Shown in pieces: positions 20,288 to 30,368 of a DNA stretch of 64,000 nt. Source of the DNA: a virus. Position numbers and translations under genes: made by a program. Numbering within the stretch: the stretch's first letter is position 1; the number at the start of each line of letters is the position of its first letter. A model generated the notes under the pieces. The model made no database searches, was not told the DNA's origin, and saw nothing but the letters and a program-made list of their open reading frames with translations. The stretch covers positions 60,323 through 124,322 of the IMG/VR virus record IMGVR_UViG_3300035698_018475; one strand, written 5' to 3'.

Positions 20288-21230
20288 TTTATACACGAAG
20301 ATGTTTCTTTGTCGGTATGTGGAAGAAGTTATCCAGAGGGAGTACTTTGATGATGAAATGAAAACCCCTATGCATATGTCGATGGGGAGTGAGCATATAG
20401 CTGCCGGGTTGTGTCAAGCTCTGGGAGATAGAGGGAGAGTGTTTGGTACTTACCGCTCTCATGCTTTGTACCTCGCTCGTACTGGAGATACTGATGGGTT
20501 CTTCGCTGAGATGTATGGTAAGCAAACTGGGTGCTGCAGGGGAAAAGCTGGGTCCATGCACTTAAATAATCCTAGGTTAGGTTTCATGGGAGCCTCGGCA
20601 ATTGTTGGTAGTATTATTCCAGTAGCAGTGGGGTATGCATATAGTAACTTAAAACAAGGTATAAATGACATCACTGCAGTTTGCTTCGGGGATGGTGCTA
20701 CAAACGAAGGTACTTTCTGGGAGAGTTTGAATCTTGCCTGTGTTAAGAAACTTCCAATTCTGTTTGTTTTGGAAGATAATGATTTAGCAGTTCATACTTC
20801 TAAATGTGAGAGAGATGGGTATGATTTAAGAGATGTAATTAAAGGATTTAACTGTGTATCTAATCAATCTAGCTGGACAGGAGTTGATAGAGTATATGAT
20901 ATTGTTTGTTCTTGTTTATCTGAGATGAAAGAAAAAGGTGAACCTGGATTTTTAGATTTTAAGTACTATCGTTATTTGGAGCATGTTGGGGTCAAAACCG
21001 ATTTTGATAAGGGGTATCGTTCAGAAAATGGGTATAAGAAATGGTTGGAGAGAGATCCACTTATGCTATGGAGAAAAAAATTACAGGAAGATTTTGGTTT
21101 TCACCCTGACCACTTATTAGCAATCGAACTAGAAGTTACAAATAAGGTGGAAGTGAGTTTACAAAAGGCAAAGGAAGCCCCTTTTAGTCCTGTACAAGAA
21201 CTTTATGCTGGAGTATATTATGACGAGTAA
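20262..21230 (+). CDS. TPP-dependent dehydrogenase E1 alpha-like subunit
   Basis: GKAGSMH and GDGATNEG...EDN TPP-binding motif. Confidence 0.85.
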   Translation: MMQNQVQCDLYTKMFLCRYVEEVIQREYFDDEMKTPMHMSMGSEHIAAGLCQALGDRGRVFGTYRSHALYLARTGDTDGFFAEMYGKQTGCCRGKAGSMHLNNPRLGFMGASAIVGSIIPVAVGYAYSNLKQGINDITAVCFGDGATNEGTFWESLNLACVKKLPILFVLEDNDLAVHTSKCERDGYDLRDVIKGFNCVSNQSSWTGVDRVYDIVCSCLSEMKEKGEPGFLDFKYYRYLEHVGVKTDFDKGYRSENGYKKWLERDPLMLWRKKLQEDFGFHPDHLLAIELEVTNKVEVSLQKAKEAPFSPVQELYAGVYYDE

Positions 21231-22269
21231 TAGATCAATTACTTACTGTCAAGCAATAAGTGAAGCCACTCATCAGGCAATGGAGAGAGATCCCAAGGTA
21301 TTTCTATATGGTATAGGAGTACCGGATCATACTCAAATATATGATAGTATAAAAGGTGTGGTAGATACCTTTGGGGAGGAACGATGTATGGATGTTCCTC
21401 TTTGTGAAGATACCTTGGCCGGGTTTGGTTTAGGTGCCGCTCTTGGTGGACTTAAGCCTGTGTTTATCAACATAAGAGTCGATTTTCTTCTTCTGGCTAT
21501 GAATCAGTTGGCCAAAACAATATCCAGTTATAGGTACAATTCTGGGGAAGAATTAGAAGTACCACTTGTTATTCGTGTTCTTATAGGGAGGGGATGGGGA
21601 CAGGGATGTCAGCATTCTAAGAGTTGCCAATCTTTGTTTGCACATATACCGGGATTGAAAGTGGTAATGCCCACTACTCCAAGAGATGCCAAAGGATTGT
21701 TCCTAGCGGCACTGGAAGATAAAAATCCTGTCATTATCCTGGAACACCGGTGGTTGTATTGGCAAGAGGGTATGGTCGAGGAAGAACCATTTATTACTCC
21801 GATAGGACAGGGGGAGGTCCTAAAGGAAGGGATTGATATTACAGTAGTAGCTACTTCATGGATGAATGTGGAGGCAATTCATGCGGCTAACATTTTGGAG
21901 AAGCATAATGTTAGTGTGGAAGTGGTGGATCCTAAATCGGTATATCCTTTGGATGAAGATATTATTTGTAATTCAGTTAATAAAACCAAGCATTGTATTG
22001 TGGCAGATTATGATTGGCACTTTTGTGGTTTTAGTGCAGAAATAGCTTCTGTGGTTAATAAGCAATGTTTTCATCGGTTGGAAAAACCAGTTACCAGGAT
22101 AGGTTTTGCACCTACTCCTTGTCCTACTGCAAGACATTTGGAGAATGAGTTTTATCCAAATGCGATTACCATAATACAAGCAGTAGAAACTATGTTAGGA
22201 CTTATTGAGATAGATCTGTCGAGTGAAGAATTCTATAGTCATGAGAAGAAGTTCAAAGGACCATTTTAA
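21220..22269 (+). CDS. TPP-dependent dehydrogenase E1 beta-like (transketolase pyrimidine-binding + C-terminal) subunit
   Basis: DVPLCED, QHS, IPGLKVVMP, PVIILEH, EVVDP motifs. Confidence 0.85.
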   Translation: MTSNRSITYCQAISEATHQAMERDPKVFLYGIGVPDHTQIYDSIKGVVDTFGEERCMDVPLCEDTLAGFGLGAALGGLKPVFINIRVDFLLLAMNQLAKTISSYRYNSGEELEVPLVIRVLIGRGWGQGCQHSKSCQSLFAHIPGLKVVMPTTPRDAKGLFLAALEDKNPVIILEHRWLYWQEGMVEEEPFITPIGQGEVLKEGIDITVVATSWMNVEAIHAANILEKHNVSVEVVDPKSVYPLDEDIICNSVNKTKHCIVADYDWHFCGFSAEIASVVNKQCFHRLEKPVTRIGFAPTPCPTARHLENEFYPNAITIIQAVETMLGLIEIDLSSEEFYSHEKKFKGPF

Positions 22270-22284
22270 TTGAGGTGATTAGAG

Positions 22285-22992
22285 ATGTGTTGGCATGACA
22301 GAATAGCATATGAACAGATTCATCAAATAGCTTATGACTTTGGGATCTCTGTTTTTATTGAAACCGGTACCTTCAAAGGAGTGAATGCTAAGTTTCAATC
22401 AAAGAATTTTAAGACTGTAATATCTTGTGAGATCAATAAGACTTATTTTGAAGCAGCAAAAGAGCGGACAAAGAATTGTCAAAACGTACATCTACTTAAT
22501 GACAGTAGTGTACAGTTCCTTGCAATGTTTACAGCTTTATATAATGCGGCTGAGAGAGAAGATATTGTATTTATTTATCTGGATGCACACTTTTATGATC
22601 CTAACCTCCCGAAGGAGAAGAGATGGGTTGTTATTGAAGAGTTGAAGGCCCTACAAGGATTTCACAATTGTATTATCTGCATTCATGACTTTCATTGCAA
22701 CGGATTAGGAGGTTTAACTTATGATAATATTCCTCTTGATTTTGATCTGATAAAGGACTATATTTATAAAGTTAATGAAAACTTTTGGTTGTATTGTAAT
22801 ACAAAAGAGAGTTGTGAGATACACACTGAACAATCAATCATAGGAGTTCCGGGACTAGAGGCTGATGAAGAGACCGTGGATAATATAAGGTTCTCCCATA
22901 CTACTGAAGCCAGGAAGTATCGTGGTATGCTATATTGTGTACCATCTTCATTAGATCTTTCAAGATATCAATTAAGGAGTTTTAGAGAATGA
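22285..22992 (+). CDS. Class I SAM-dependent methyltransferase-like protein
   Basis: IETGTFKG and YLDAH motifs. Confidence 0.65.
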   Translation: MCWHDRIAYEQIHQIAYDFGISVFIETGTFKGVNAKFQSKNFKTVISCEINKTYFEAAKERTKNCQNVHLLNDSSVQFLAMFTALYNAAEREDIVFIYLDAHFYDPNLPKEKRWVVIEELKALQGFHNCIICIHDFHCNGLGGLTYDNIPLDFDLIKDYIYKVNENFWLYCNTKESCEIHTEQSIIGVPGLEADEETVDNIRFSHTTEARKYRGMLYCVPSSLDLSRYQLRSFRE

Positions 22993-23705
22993 GTGATCCA
23001 GTGATTAGTTTAATAGCAACAGCTATACACACAGAGTTTTGGCAGCAACTTCATGCAGATTTAAGTAATGGTAATACTATACCGTTTGAAATGGTATTTG
23101 TAGGGCATACTCCACCAACCTTTCCTCTACCGGAAAACTTTATTTACATTCATAGTGAGGCCAAACCAGTTCAATGCCTGGAGACAGCCTGTAGGAATGC
23201 TAAAGGTGAGTATGTTATGATGGTTATGGATGATCAAACTCTACCTCCACAGATGTTGAATACTATGTATTCTTATGTTAAGCGTATGATTAGTGATAAA
23301 GCTAATGTTATGGCCAGGTTTGCTGATTCAGTGGAAGGTCCTCCAAGGGATCTTCTATTAGTGTATGATGTGTATAATCCTGATTCTCCGGTTCTGGGTG
23401 TTAATTTTATTATCAGACGTAATCTTTGGCAAGAACTAGGAGGTTTGGATCGGCGATTTTATGCGTTCAAAGCAGATCTTGATCTGCAGATGAGAGTATA
23501 TGAGGCTGGGGGGCATCCTTTTTTGGTTCCAAATTGTCTCGCCAGAGAAAAACCACGACCAGGTTCTCGATTGACCAATACTTATAGTGCATCGGATAGT
23601 GCTACATTATACTCATTTTGGACACTTCCGGATGGGTCTGTCAGTAGGAAGCGTTTAGATGAAGTTCAAACTTTTACTGCTGAGGAGATTTCAATAGTAA
23701 GGTAG
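22989..23705 (+). CDS. GT-A-like paralog family member 1
   Basis: PVISLIA, KPVQCLE, MDD, LGGLDRRF, D.D.QMR.YEAGG. Confidence 0.7.
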   Translation: MSDPVISLIATAIHTEFWQQLHADLSNGNTIPFEMVFVGHTPPTFPLPENFIYIHSEAKPVQCLETACRNAKGEYVMMVMDDQTLPPQMLNTMYSYVKRMISDKANVMARFADSVEGPPRDLLLVYDVYNPDSPVLGVNFIIRRNLWQELGGLDRRFYAFKADLDLQMRVYEAGGHPFLVPNCLAREKPRPGSRLTNTYSASDSATLYSFWTLPDGSVSRKRLDEVQTFTAEEISIVR

Positions 23706-23717
23706 AAAGGTTTTATT

Positions 23718-24455
23718 ATGAGTGATCCTATTATTAGTGTAATAGCTACCGCAGTTCATACTGAGTTTTGGCAGCAATTACATGCAAATTTAAGTAATGG
23801 TAATACCATACCATTTGAAATAGTATTTGTGGGGAATGTAAGACCAACCTTTGATCTACCAGAAAACTTCATATACATCTGTAGTGGAGCCAAACCGGTT
23901 CAATGTTTGGAAACCGCTTGTAGGAATGCCAGGGGTGAGTTTGTTATGATCATAGCGGACGATCACTTACCTCCTCCACAGATGTTGAATACTATGTATT
24001 CCTACGTACGTAGGATGATAAATAGCAAATGTGTTGTTGTGGCAAGATACATGGATGATATAGAGGACTGGATTCGTGATGAATTACTAAGTTTTTATGT
24101 ACATGGTGCCACTTTTATAGAGGTTAGTCCGGTTGTTGGAGTAAATACAGTCCTTCGGAGAAGTGTTTGGACTGAATTGGGTGGTTTAGATAAAAGGTTT
24201 ATATCGGTAAAATCTGATCTTGACATGCAGATGAGGTTCTATGAAGCTGGGGGACATCCTTTTATTGTTCCCACCTGTATAGTACGGGAAAGATCACATG
24301 ATACACGTGATAGATTATTAGATGCAAGTGGGGATACAGATCTAGAGACTCTACGTACTCTTTGGATAAAGGATGATATAATAAGTAGACAACGTTTAGG
24401 TAGTGTTCAATCTTTTACAAGTGATGAGATACCTATTGTTAGGGAGAGAAATTGA
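23718..24455 (+). CDS. GT-A-like paralog family member 2
   Basis: Close paralog of member 1; IADD. Confidence 0.7.
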   Translation: MSDPIISVIATAVHTEFWQQLHANLSNGNTIPFEIVFVGNVRPTFDLPENFIYICSGAKPVQCLETACRNARGEFVMIIADDHLPPPQMLNTMYSYVRRMINSKCVVVARYMDDIEDWIRDELLSFYVHGATFIEVSPVVGVNTVLRRSVWTELGGLDKRFISVKSDLDMQMRFYEAGGHPFIVPTCIVRERSHDTRDRLLDASGDTDLETLRTLWIKDDIISRQRLGSVQSFTSDEIPIVRERN

Positions 24456-25174
24456 TGAGTACTCCAGTTATTAGTGTCATAGCTTCAGCAATTTTTACAC
24501 AATACTGGGAAGAACTATATGAGCAATTATCTCATAAGAACAAAATACCTTTTGAGATAGTATTTGTGGGAAATGTAAGACCAATCTTTCCTCTACCAGA
24601 AAACTTCATTCATATCTATAGCGAAACCAAACCGGTTCAGTGTTATGAGATAGCTGCTAGGAATGCTAAAGGGAAATTCTTAATGACTTGTCAAGACGAT
24701 TTAGTGTTTCCCGAAAAGTTTCTGAATGTCATGTATATGTATCTAGTTCGTATGCCTAATCCAGCGAAGATAGTTCTAACGCCAAGATTTAGTGATCGTT
24801 TGGATGGTCCACCACAAGATCAGTTGTTGAGTATATATCCAAACGATCTTGAATCGCCTATAGCAGGCGTTGGGACAATTTATAATCGACAATTATGGTA
24901 TGATCTGGGAGGGTTGGATAGAAGATTTAACTTATTATTCTACGACCTTGATATGATGATGAGGATATATGAAGCTGGGGGACATCCTTTTATTGTTCCC
25001 AGTTGTATTGTTCGAGAACGACTACGTGGTGATCGGCCAAGGTTGATTGATGACTATCATCCGGATAGAAAATTATTGTATGCACTTTGGTTATTACCCA
25101 GCGATAAGCTTAGTAAGACACGATTACTACCTCTTGAACCCTTTGGAAAAAATGAGATTTCAATAGTGAGGTAG
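24455..25174 (+). CDS. GT-A-like paralog family member 3
   Basis: Same motifs; CQDD. Confidence 0.7.
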   Translation: MSTPVISVIASAIFTQYWEELYEQLSHKNKIPFEIVFVGNVRPIFPLPENFIHIYSETKPVQCYEIAARNAKGKFLMTCQDDLVFPEKFLNVMYMYLVRMPNPAKIVLTPRFSDRLDGPPQDQLLSIYPNDLESPIAGVGTIYNRQLWYDLGGLDRRFNLLFYDLDMMMRIYEAGGHPFIVPSCIVRERLRGDRPRLIDDYHPDRKLLYALWLLPSDKLSKTRLLPLEPFGKNEISIVR

Positions 25175-25176
25175 AT

Positions 25177-25965
25177 ATGGATTTAGATCTAGAAGGTAAG
25201 AGAGCAATAGTTACTGGTGGAAGTCATGGTATTGGCAGGGCCATATGTATAGCTCTGGCGGAAGAAGGATGTAATGTGGTTGTATGGGGAAAAACAGCAG
25301 AGCATGTTAAGGAAGTGGGAGATAGTTTACATAAGAAGTTAAGTGTAGATGTGGATCATCTGGGAATAGTTTGTGATGTTATGGATCGGATGGATGTTGA
25401 TTCTAAAATTGATGCGATTAAAAGAAAATGGCAGGGAGTAGATATAGTTATAAATAATGTAGGTGGTGGAGGTAGGTGGGGATCCCCACTCTATGAAGAA
25501 ACTCCCGTACATATATGGGAAGAAGTTTATAAGAAGAACGTGCTAACAGCAGTTAAATTTACTAATACCTTTCTTCCTGGGATGATAGAAAACAAGTGGG
25601 GAAGAATTATAAATATAGCTTCTATGTATGGAAAAGAGGGAGGAGGAAGACCCTGGTTTTGTTGTGCAAAGAGTACAATGATAGCTATGATGAAAAGTAT
25701 GTCCAAAGAGAAGGAATATGCTAAGAGGAATATAACCTTTAATAGTGTAGCTCCCGGAAATATCTTGATTCCTGATACTGGATGGGATAAAATACAAAAA
25801 GATGACAAAAAGTTATTTGAAGAAGAAGTGAGTAAAATACCTATTGGTAGAATGGGTACTGTAGAAGAAGTAGCGTCAATTGTTACTTTCTTATGTTCTG
25901 ATAGAGCTTCATTTATAAATGGAGCTTGTATTAGTGTAGATGGTGGACAGAGTAACAGTTTTTGA
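25177..25965 (+). CDS. Short-chain dehydrogenase/reductase (FabG-like fold) with FxxxK instead of YxxxK
   Basis: TGGSHGIG, NNVG, NIAS, PWFCCAK, VAPG. Confidence 0.8.
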   Translation: MDLDLEGKRAIVTGGSHGIGRAICIALAEEGCNVVVWGKTAEHVKEVGDSLHKKLSVDVDHLGIVCDVMDRMDVDSKIDAIKRKWQGVDIVINNVGGGGRWGSPLYEETPVHIWEEVYKKNVLTAVKFTNTFLPGMIENKWGRIINIASMYGKEGGGRPWFCCAKSTMIAMMKSMSKEKEYAKRNITFNSVAPGNILIPDTGWDKIQKDDKKLFEEEVSKIPIGRMGTVEEVASIVTFLCSDRASFINGACISVDGGQSNSF

Positions 25966-25979
25966 TAAGGAGTAATACA

Positions 25980-27005
25980 ATGAGTAAGTTTAGGAGTAAA
26001 AGAGAATCTTCAGAGGAAGTACCGAAAGAGAAAATAGTTCCAAGAAAAGTTGTAAAATCTTCAAAAAAGGTTAATGATAAGATTCAACTTTTTCATGTTG
26101 GAGGCGTTGGTAGTATAGGTCCAGCTGATGTACTTTTTGGTTTAGGACCAGATGGTATTCATCAGACTGTATTTGAAGCCAATAGTGAAGCACCACCTTC
26201 AAGTTCTCCCGTTCCCATTACACTTATTCCCAAGTGTTTGTGGAGTACTGAGAAAGAAATCGATTTTCATACCATGTGGAAACCCTTGGCTAGTAGTGTG
26301 TTTCGTGGAAGTAGGAAGAATAGAAAACTTCAACGAATGGATGTTGATAAGAGGTTAGTTGTGGAAGAAATGTGTCATGTGGTAAAAACAGAGAGGTTGG
26401 CAGCAACTACTCTTGATAAACTAATTGAAGATAAAGAAGTACCCATCCCTGACTTTTTGAGTATGGATGTTCAAGGAGCTGAGTTGGATATTATGAAGGG
26501 TGCAACAAAAGCTTTTGAAACAGACTTATTGGGTGTTTGTACAGAGATGGAGTTTCAAGAGTTGTATGAAGGCCAACCTTTATTTGCTGATCAGGATGCT
26601 TTTCTGAGAGCAAATCAGTTTACTTTATGGAGTTTCTTTAATGAAGAGTATTGGTATCCTGGTATTGTAATGGCACAAGGAGCTCTTACGGTAGTTGAAG
26701 GCGTTTATTTCCGGGATATGAGTTGGTTTATCAAGAGGTATAAGGATGATAAGTGGTCTCTTCTTGAAAGACTACTTAAACTGGCTCTGGTAACCAAGCA
26801 GTTTGGTTTTATCTCTTATGCAGTCTCGATACTGGATTGGATTTCTTACCAGATCAATGATACATATGCAGAGTTTCAAGCAGATTATAGGTACGCTTGG
26901 TTTGCAAATTCTATAATTGCATACCATACTTCTATGTGTAATGAGAGAATACCTTTTGAACAGATTCCCTCATGGATGCAAGTACTGGGTAGGCCTTCCA
27001 AATAA
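25980..27005 (+). CDS. FkbM-family methyltransferase
   Basis: HVGG, FEAN, MDVQGAE, YEGQPLF motifs; AAGGAG RBS. Confidence 0.8.
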   Translation: MSKFRSKRESSEEVPKEKIVPRKVVKSSKKVNDKIQLFHVGGVGSIGPADVLFGLGPDGIHQTVFEANSEAPPSSSPVPITLIPKCLWSTEKEIDFHTMWKPLASSVFRGSRKNRKLQRMDVDKRLVVEEMCHVVKTERLAATTLDKLIEDKEVPIPDFLSMDVQGAELDIMKGATKAFETDLLGVCTEMEFQELYEGQPLFADQDAFLRANQFTLWSFFNEEYWYPGIVMAQGALTVVEGVYFRDMSWFIKRYKDDKWSLLERLLKLALVTKQFGFISYAVSILDWISYQINDTYAEFQADYRYAWFANSIIAYHTSMCNERIPFEQIPSWMQVLGRPSK

Positions 27006-27035
27006 AAAGTAATTGGAAGTAAGGAGTAAAATATA

Positions 27036-28022
27036 GTGTTAAATGCAGAGATATGTAATTATCTTAAGGGTAAGAATTGTTTGGTCACTGGTGGGACTGG
27101 TTTGATCGGCCGGCAGGTGGTGGAGTTGCTTGTTGGTTGTGGAGCAGAAGTTACTTCGGTTTCTTTGGATGATCTAAAACTGAATGATAAGGTAACCTAT
27201 GCTAAAATGGATCTATCTGGTTTTGAGGATTGTCTAGCTCTAACTTATAAGAAGGAGTGTGTATTTCATGTTGCTGGTATAAAGGGTTCTGTCCAGGTAA
27301 CCAAGGAAAAACCAGCAAGTTTCTTCGTACCACTTCTAATGATGAATACAAACATATTAGAAGCTTGTAGGATAAACGAAGTTTCGAAAGTGGTTTATAC
27401 TAGTTCTGTAGGAGCTTATTCCAGTGCTGAAGTGTTTCAGGAAGTATATGCTTATGATGGGGTTCCTATGGATGAGTACCCCGGTTGGGCCAAGAGGATG
27501 GCTGAACTACAAATACAGACTTATATGAAACAATATGGAATATGTAACTTTGCAATAGTTCGTCCGGCCAACATCTATGGACCGGGGGATAACTTTGATC
27601 CTGATAATGCAATGGTGATTCCATCTCTTATAGCTAAGATAGTGCGGGGGGACGATCCTATTAAAATCTGGGGAGATGGGAAGGCCATAAGAGATTTTGC
27701 TTACAGTTTGGATGTGGCAGAAGGAATTATTCAAGCTTTGTATTATGGCACATTTGGTTCACCTATCAACCTTGGGAGTGGAGTAGGTGTAACTATAAGA
27801 ACCTTGGTGGGAACTCTCCGTGAGATTGTGGAGTTTAATTATGAATTTGATGAAACAAAACCATCGGGTTATCCCAAGAGAGTTGTGGATATTTCTCATG
27901 CGAGAAGAAGATTAGATTATAATCCTTCTGTAAGTTTAAGGGAAGGTCTACAGGAAACTTACAATTGGTACAAAGAGTTTGGTAATCAAGAAGCAGATAA
28001 GAGAAAGAATTATTTCAAGTGA
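27036..28022 (+). CDS. GDP-L-fucose synthase-like extended SDR (epimerase/reductase), copy 1
   Basis: TGGTGLIG, RPANIYGPGDNF, WGDGKAIRDF. Confidence 0.8.
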   Translation: MLNAEICNYLKGKNCLVTGGTGLIGRQVVELLVGCGAEVTSVSLDDLKLNDKVTYAKMDLSGFEDCLALTYKKECVFHVAGIKGSVQVTKEKPASFFVPLLMMNTNILEACRINEVSKVVYTSSVGAYSSAEVFQEVYAYDGVPMDEYPGWAKRMAELQIQTYMKQYGICNFAIVRPANIYGPGDNFDPDNAMVIPSLIAKIVRGDDPIKIWGDGKAIRDFAYSLDVAEGIIQALYYGTFGSPINLGSGVGVTIRTLVGTLREIVEFNYEFDETKPSGYPKRVVDISHARRRLDYNPSVSLREGLQETYNWYKEFGNQEADKRKNYFK

Positions 28023-28807
28023 GCAAACCATTGGTTAGTATATATGCTGCGGCAATACGTCCTCAATTGTGGATGAGATTGTATGAATCATTACAGAAGA
28101 ATAATACTGTTGATTTTGAACTTGTACTTGTAGGTCATATACCCCCAACTTTTAATCTACCGGGTAATATGATACATATCAATTCTGGAGTTAAGCCTAT
28201 ACAATGTGCTGAAATAGGATTTAGAGCTTGTAAGGGGGATTTCTGTATCTTAGGATTCGATGACCTCATTTTTTGGGATGGGTGTTTAGATATTTTATAT
28301 GAAAAGTTTATGGCAGTGGGTAGCGATTGGTTTCTCCCATGCTGTACACAGTGTAATCCGTGGGATGTTCCACTTACTCCTCTCGATATGAGATTTTGGG
28401 CTGGTATTGAATCCTCACCTATACTTCCCATTTGTGGTATGTATAAAAGGAGTATACTCGAAAGTATAGGTCCTAGAGATCGAAACTTTGTCCGCTCTTA
28501 TGCTGATGTGGATCTGGCTATGAGATTTTATGGACAGGGTGGGAGAGCCGAGATTTTTGAAGTTGCTAAAGTAACTGAAAGACCTATAGATGCTACATTT
28601 GATTCTGGTTTGAATTGGTTGGGATCACAGAGAGATGGACCATATTTGAGAGATCTTTGGACTGTGATTAACCCTGAAAAGGATTGGCCTATTTATTGTT
28701 CTAATGGTGAGTCACATATTTCTAAAGTAAGATTACGTCCAGTTGAACCTTTTGAAGGGGATTTGTTACTTAAATCACAAGGAGTAAATGATGGTGATTG
28801 GCAGTGA
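28019..28807 (+). CDS. GT-A-like paralog family member 4
   Basis: KPLVSIY, KPIQCAEIGFRACKG, FDD, RDRNF, SQG. Confidence 0.7.
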   Translation: MSKPLVSIYAAAIRPQLWMRLYESLQKNNTVDFELVLVGHIPPTFNLPGNMIHINSGVKPIQCAEIGFRACKGDFCILGFDDLIFWDGCLDILYEKFMAVGSDWFLPCCTQCNPWDVPLTPLDMRFWAGIESSPILPICGMYKRSILESIGPRDRNFVRSYADVDLAMRFYGQGGRAEIFEVAKVTERPIDATFDSGLNWLGSQRDGPYLRDLWTVINPEKDWPIYCSNGESHISKVRLRPVEPFEGDLLLKSQGVNDGDWQ

Positions 28808-29558
28808 AAAACCTTTAGTCAGCGTTTATCTACCGGCAATTAGACCACACTGGTGGATGCGTATGCATGAATCATTGCAGAGTAATAAGGATGTGGATTT
28901 TGAACTTATTTTTGTGGGTCATGTTCCTCCAGACTATGTTCTACCAGGTAATTGGACTTATATCAATTCTTCTGTCAAACCGGCCCAATGTGCAGAGATA
29001 GGTTTTAGAGCCTGTAAAGGTGAGTTTTGTATGGCACTTGCTGATGATATTGTATTTGGTGAGAGGTGTTTGGACATATTGTATAATAAGTTTATGTCTC
29101 TCAATAATGATTTGCTAGTGGTATCTTGCATACATCATGCCGGAGGGAAGGCTCTACCAAAAGAAACCAGTACTTTCATTCCCGGCAGAGCGGATACTCC
29201 TAATCATCCAATCGGAGGTATGCTTAAGACTGAGGTATGTAGATCTTTAGGACCTAGAGATAGGAATTTTGTTTGTACCTATTCCGATGCTGATATAATC
29301 TTTCGATTGTATGCTTTAGGAGGTCAAAGTGTGATTTGTGATGAAGCTCATGTTCATGAAGTAAATCCTCCCGATACAAAATTTGACTCAGGATTGAACT
29401 GGATAGGTAAAGATATAGATTGGCCACTGATGTTAAGTTTGTGGTTTGATGGGAATACCTATATAGTTAATAGGAAACGTCCTGTTGAACCTTTTGTAGA
29501 TCAAGATCTTTTAACTATCTCTCAAGGTCCTAAAGGACCAGAAGGAAGGTGGGTATGA
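28788..29558 (+). CDS. GT-A-like paralog family member 5
   Basis: Same motifs; LADD; ends SQGPKGPEGRWV. Confidence 0.7.
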   Translation: MMVIGSEKPLVSVYLPAIRPHWWMRMHESLQSNKDVDFELIFVGHVPPDYVLPGNWTYINSSVKPAQCAEIGFRACKGEFCMALADDIVFGERCLDILYNKFMSLNNDLLVVSCIHHAGGKALPKETSTFIPGRADTPNHPIGGMLKTEVCRSLGPRDRNFVCTYSDADIIFRLYALGGQSVICDEAHVHEVNPPDTKFDSGLNWIGKDIDWPLMLSLWFDGNTYIVNRKRPVEPFVDQDLLTISQGPKGPEGRWV

Positions 29559-30367
29559 TGAAACCCGTAATAAGCCTATATGTTCCAAGTATACGTCCGG
29601 AGAATTGGTTAGCTCAATATACATCTATTAAAGAAACTAATGTAGTACCTTTTGAGATTATTTATGTAGGACATGTTCCTCCACAACCAGTGGGCTTACC
29701 TCCTGAAATCATCTATATTCACTCTCCTGTTAAACCTTCTCAGTGTGCGGAGATTGGTCGTAGAGCGTGTGAAGGTGAATTCTGTATATTTGCTCAGGAT
29801 GATATCGGGTTTGGTCCAGGTACTCTGGATATCTTACTTGCTAAATTCCAAGAAATGGGGAATGATAAGGTTGTTATATCTTGTATGCCTTACTTGAATA
29901 ATGTTCCATTAGAGACTGCAAGATATAGATTTTGGGATAGTGAGAGGGGTAGTCCTATGACTCCTTTGTGTGGTCTTTATAAGAAGAGTGTTCTTGAGCA
30001 GTTGGGTGGTATTGATAAAAACTTTATCTGTACAGCTTGGGATATTGATATAGCCATGCGGCTATTTGAAATAGGAGGGTATGGTATATTCTGTGAGGGA
30101 ACTATTGCTAATGAGGTTGTCCTTCCGAACATTCCAAGATTATGTTCTTATGGGGAAAATACAGATCGTCCATATATGCAAAATTTGTGGTCCATGACTC
30201 ATGAAGAATATGCTAAAGTGGATAAGAGTACATTTAAGATACATTATACTAATCCTTTACGAGTTCCTGATGGTGTTATATGTAAGAACAGAAGAAAACC
30301 TGTTGAGAGTTTCTCTCCCATAGACATACTCGTTGTATCACAGGGGCCAAAAGATAAATGGGTATAG
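29555..30367 (+). CDS. GT-A-like paralog family member 6
   Basis: Same motifs; AQDD. Confidence 0.7.
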   Translation: MMKPVISLYVPSIRPENWLAQYTSIKETNVVPFEIIYVGHVPPQPVGLPPEIIYIHSPVKPSQCAEIGRRACEGEFCIFAQDDIGFGPGTLDILLAKFQEMGNDKVVISCMPYLNNVPLETARYRFWDSERGSPMTPLCGLYKKSVLEQLGGIDKNFICTAWDIDIAMRLFEIGGYGIFCEGTIANEVVLPNIPRLCSYGENTDRPYMQNLWSMTHEEYAKVDKSTFKIHYTNPLRVPDGVICKNRRKPVESFSPIDILVVSQGPKDKWV

Positions 30368-30368
30368 T

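Noticed and set aside
20262-22269. Pyruvate dehydrogenase as a central-metabolism auxiliary gene
   Set aside because: There is no E2 or E3, and the pair is coupled to an NDP-sugar dehydratase inside a glycan cluster.
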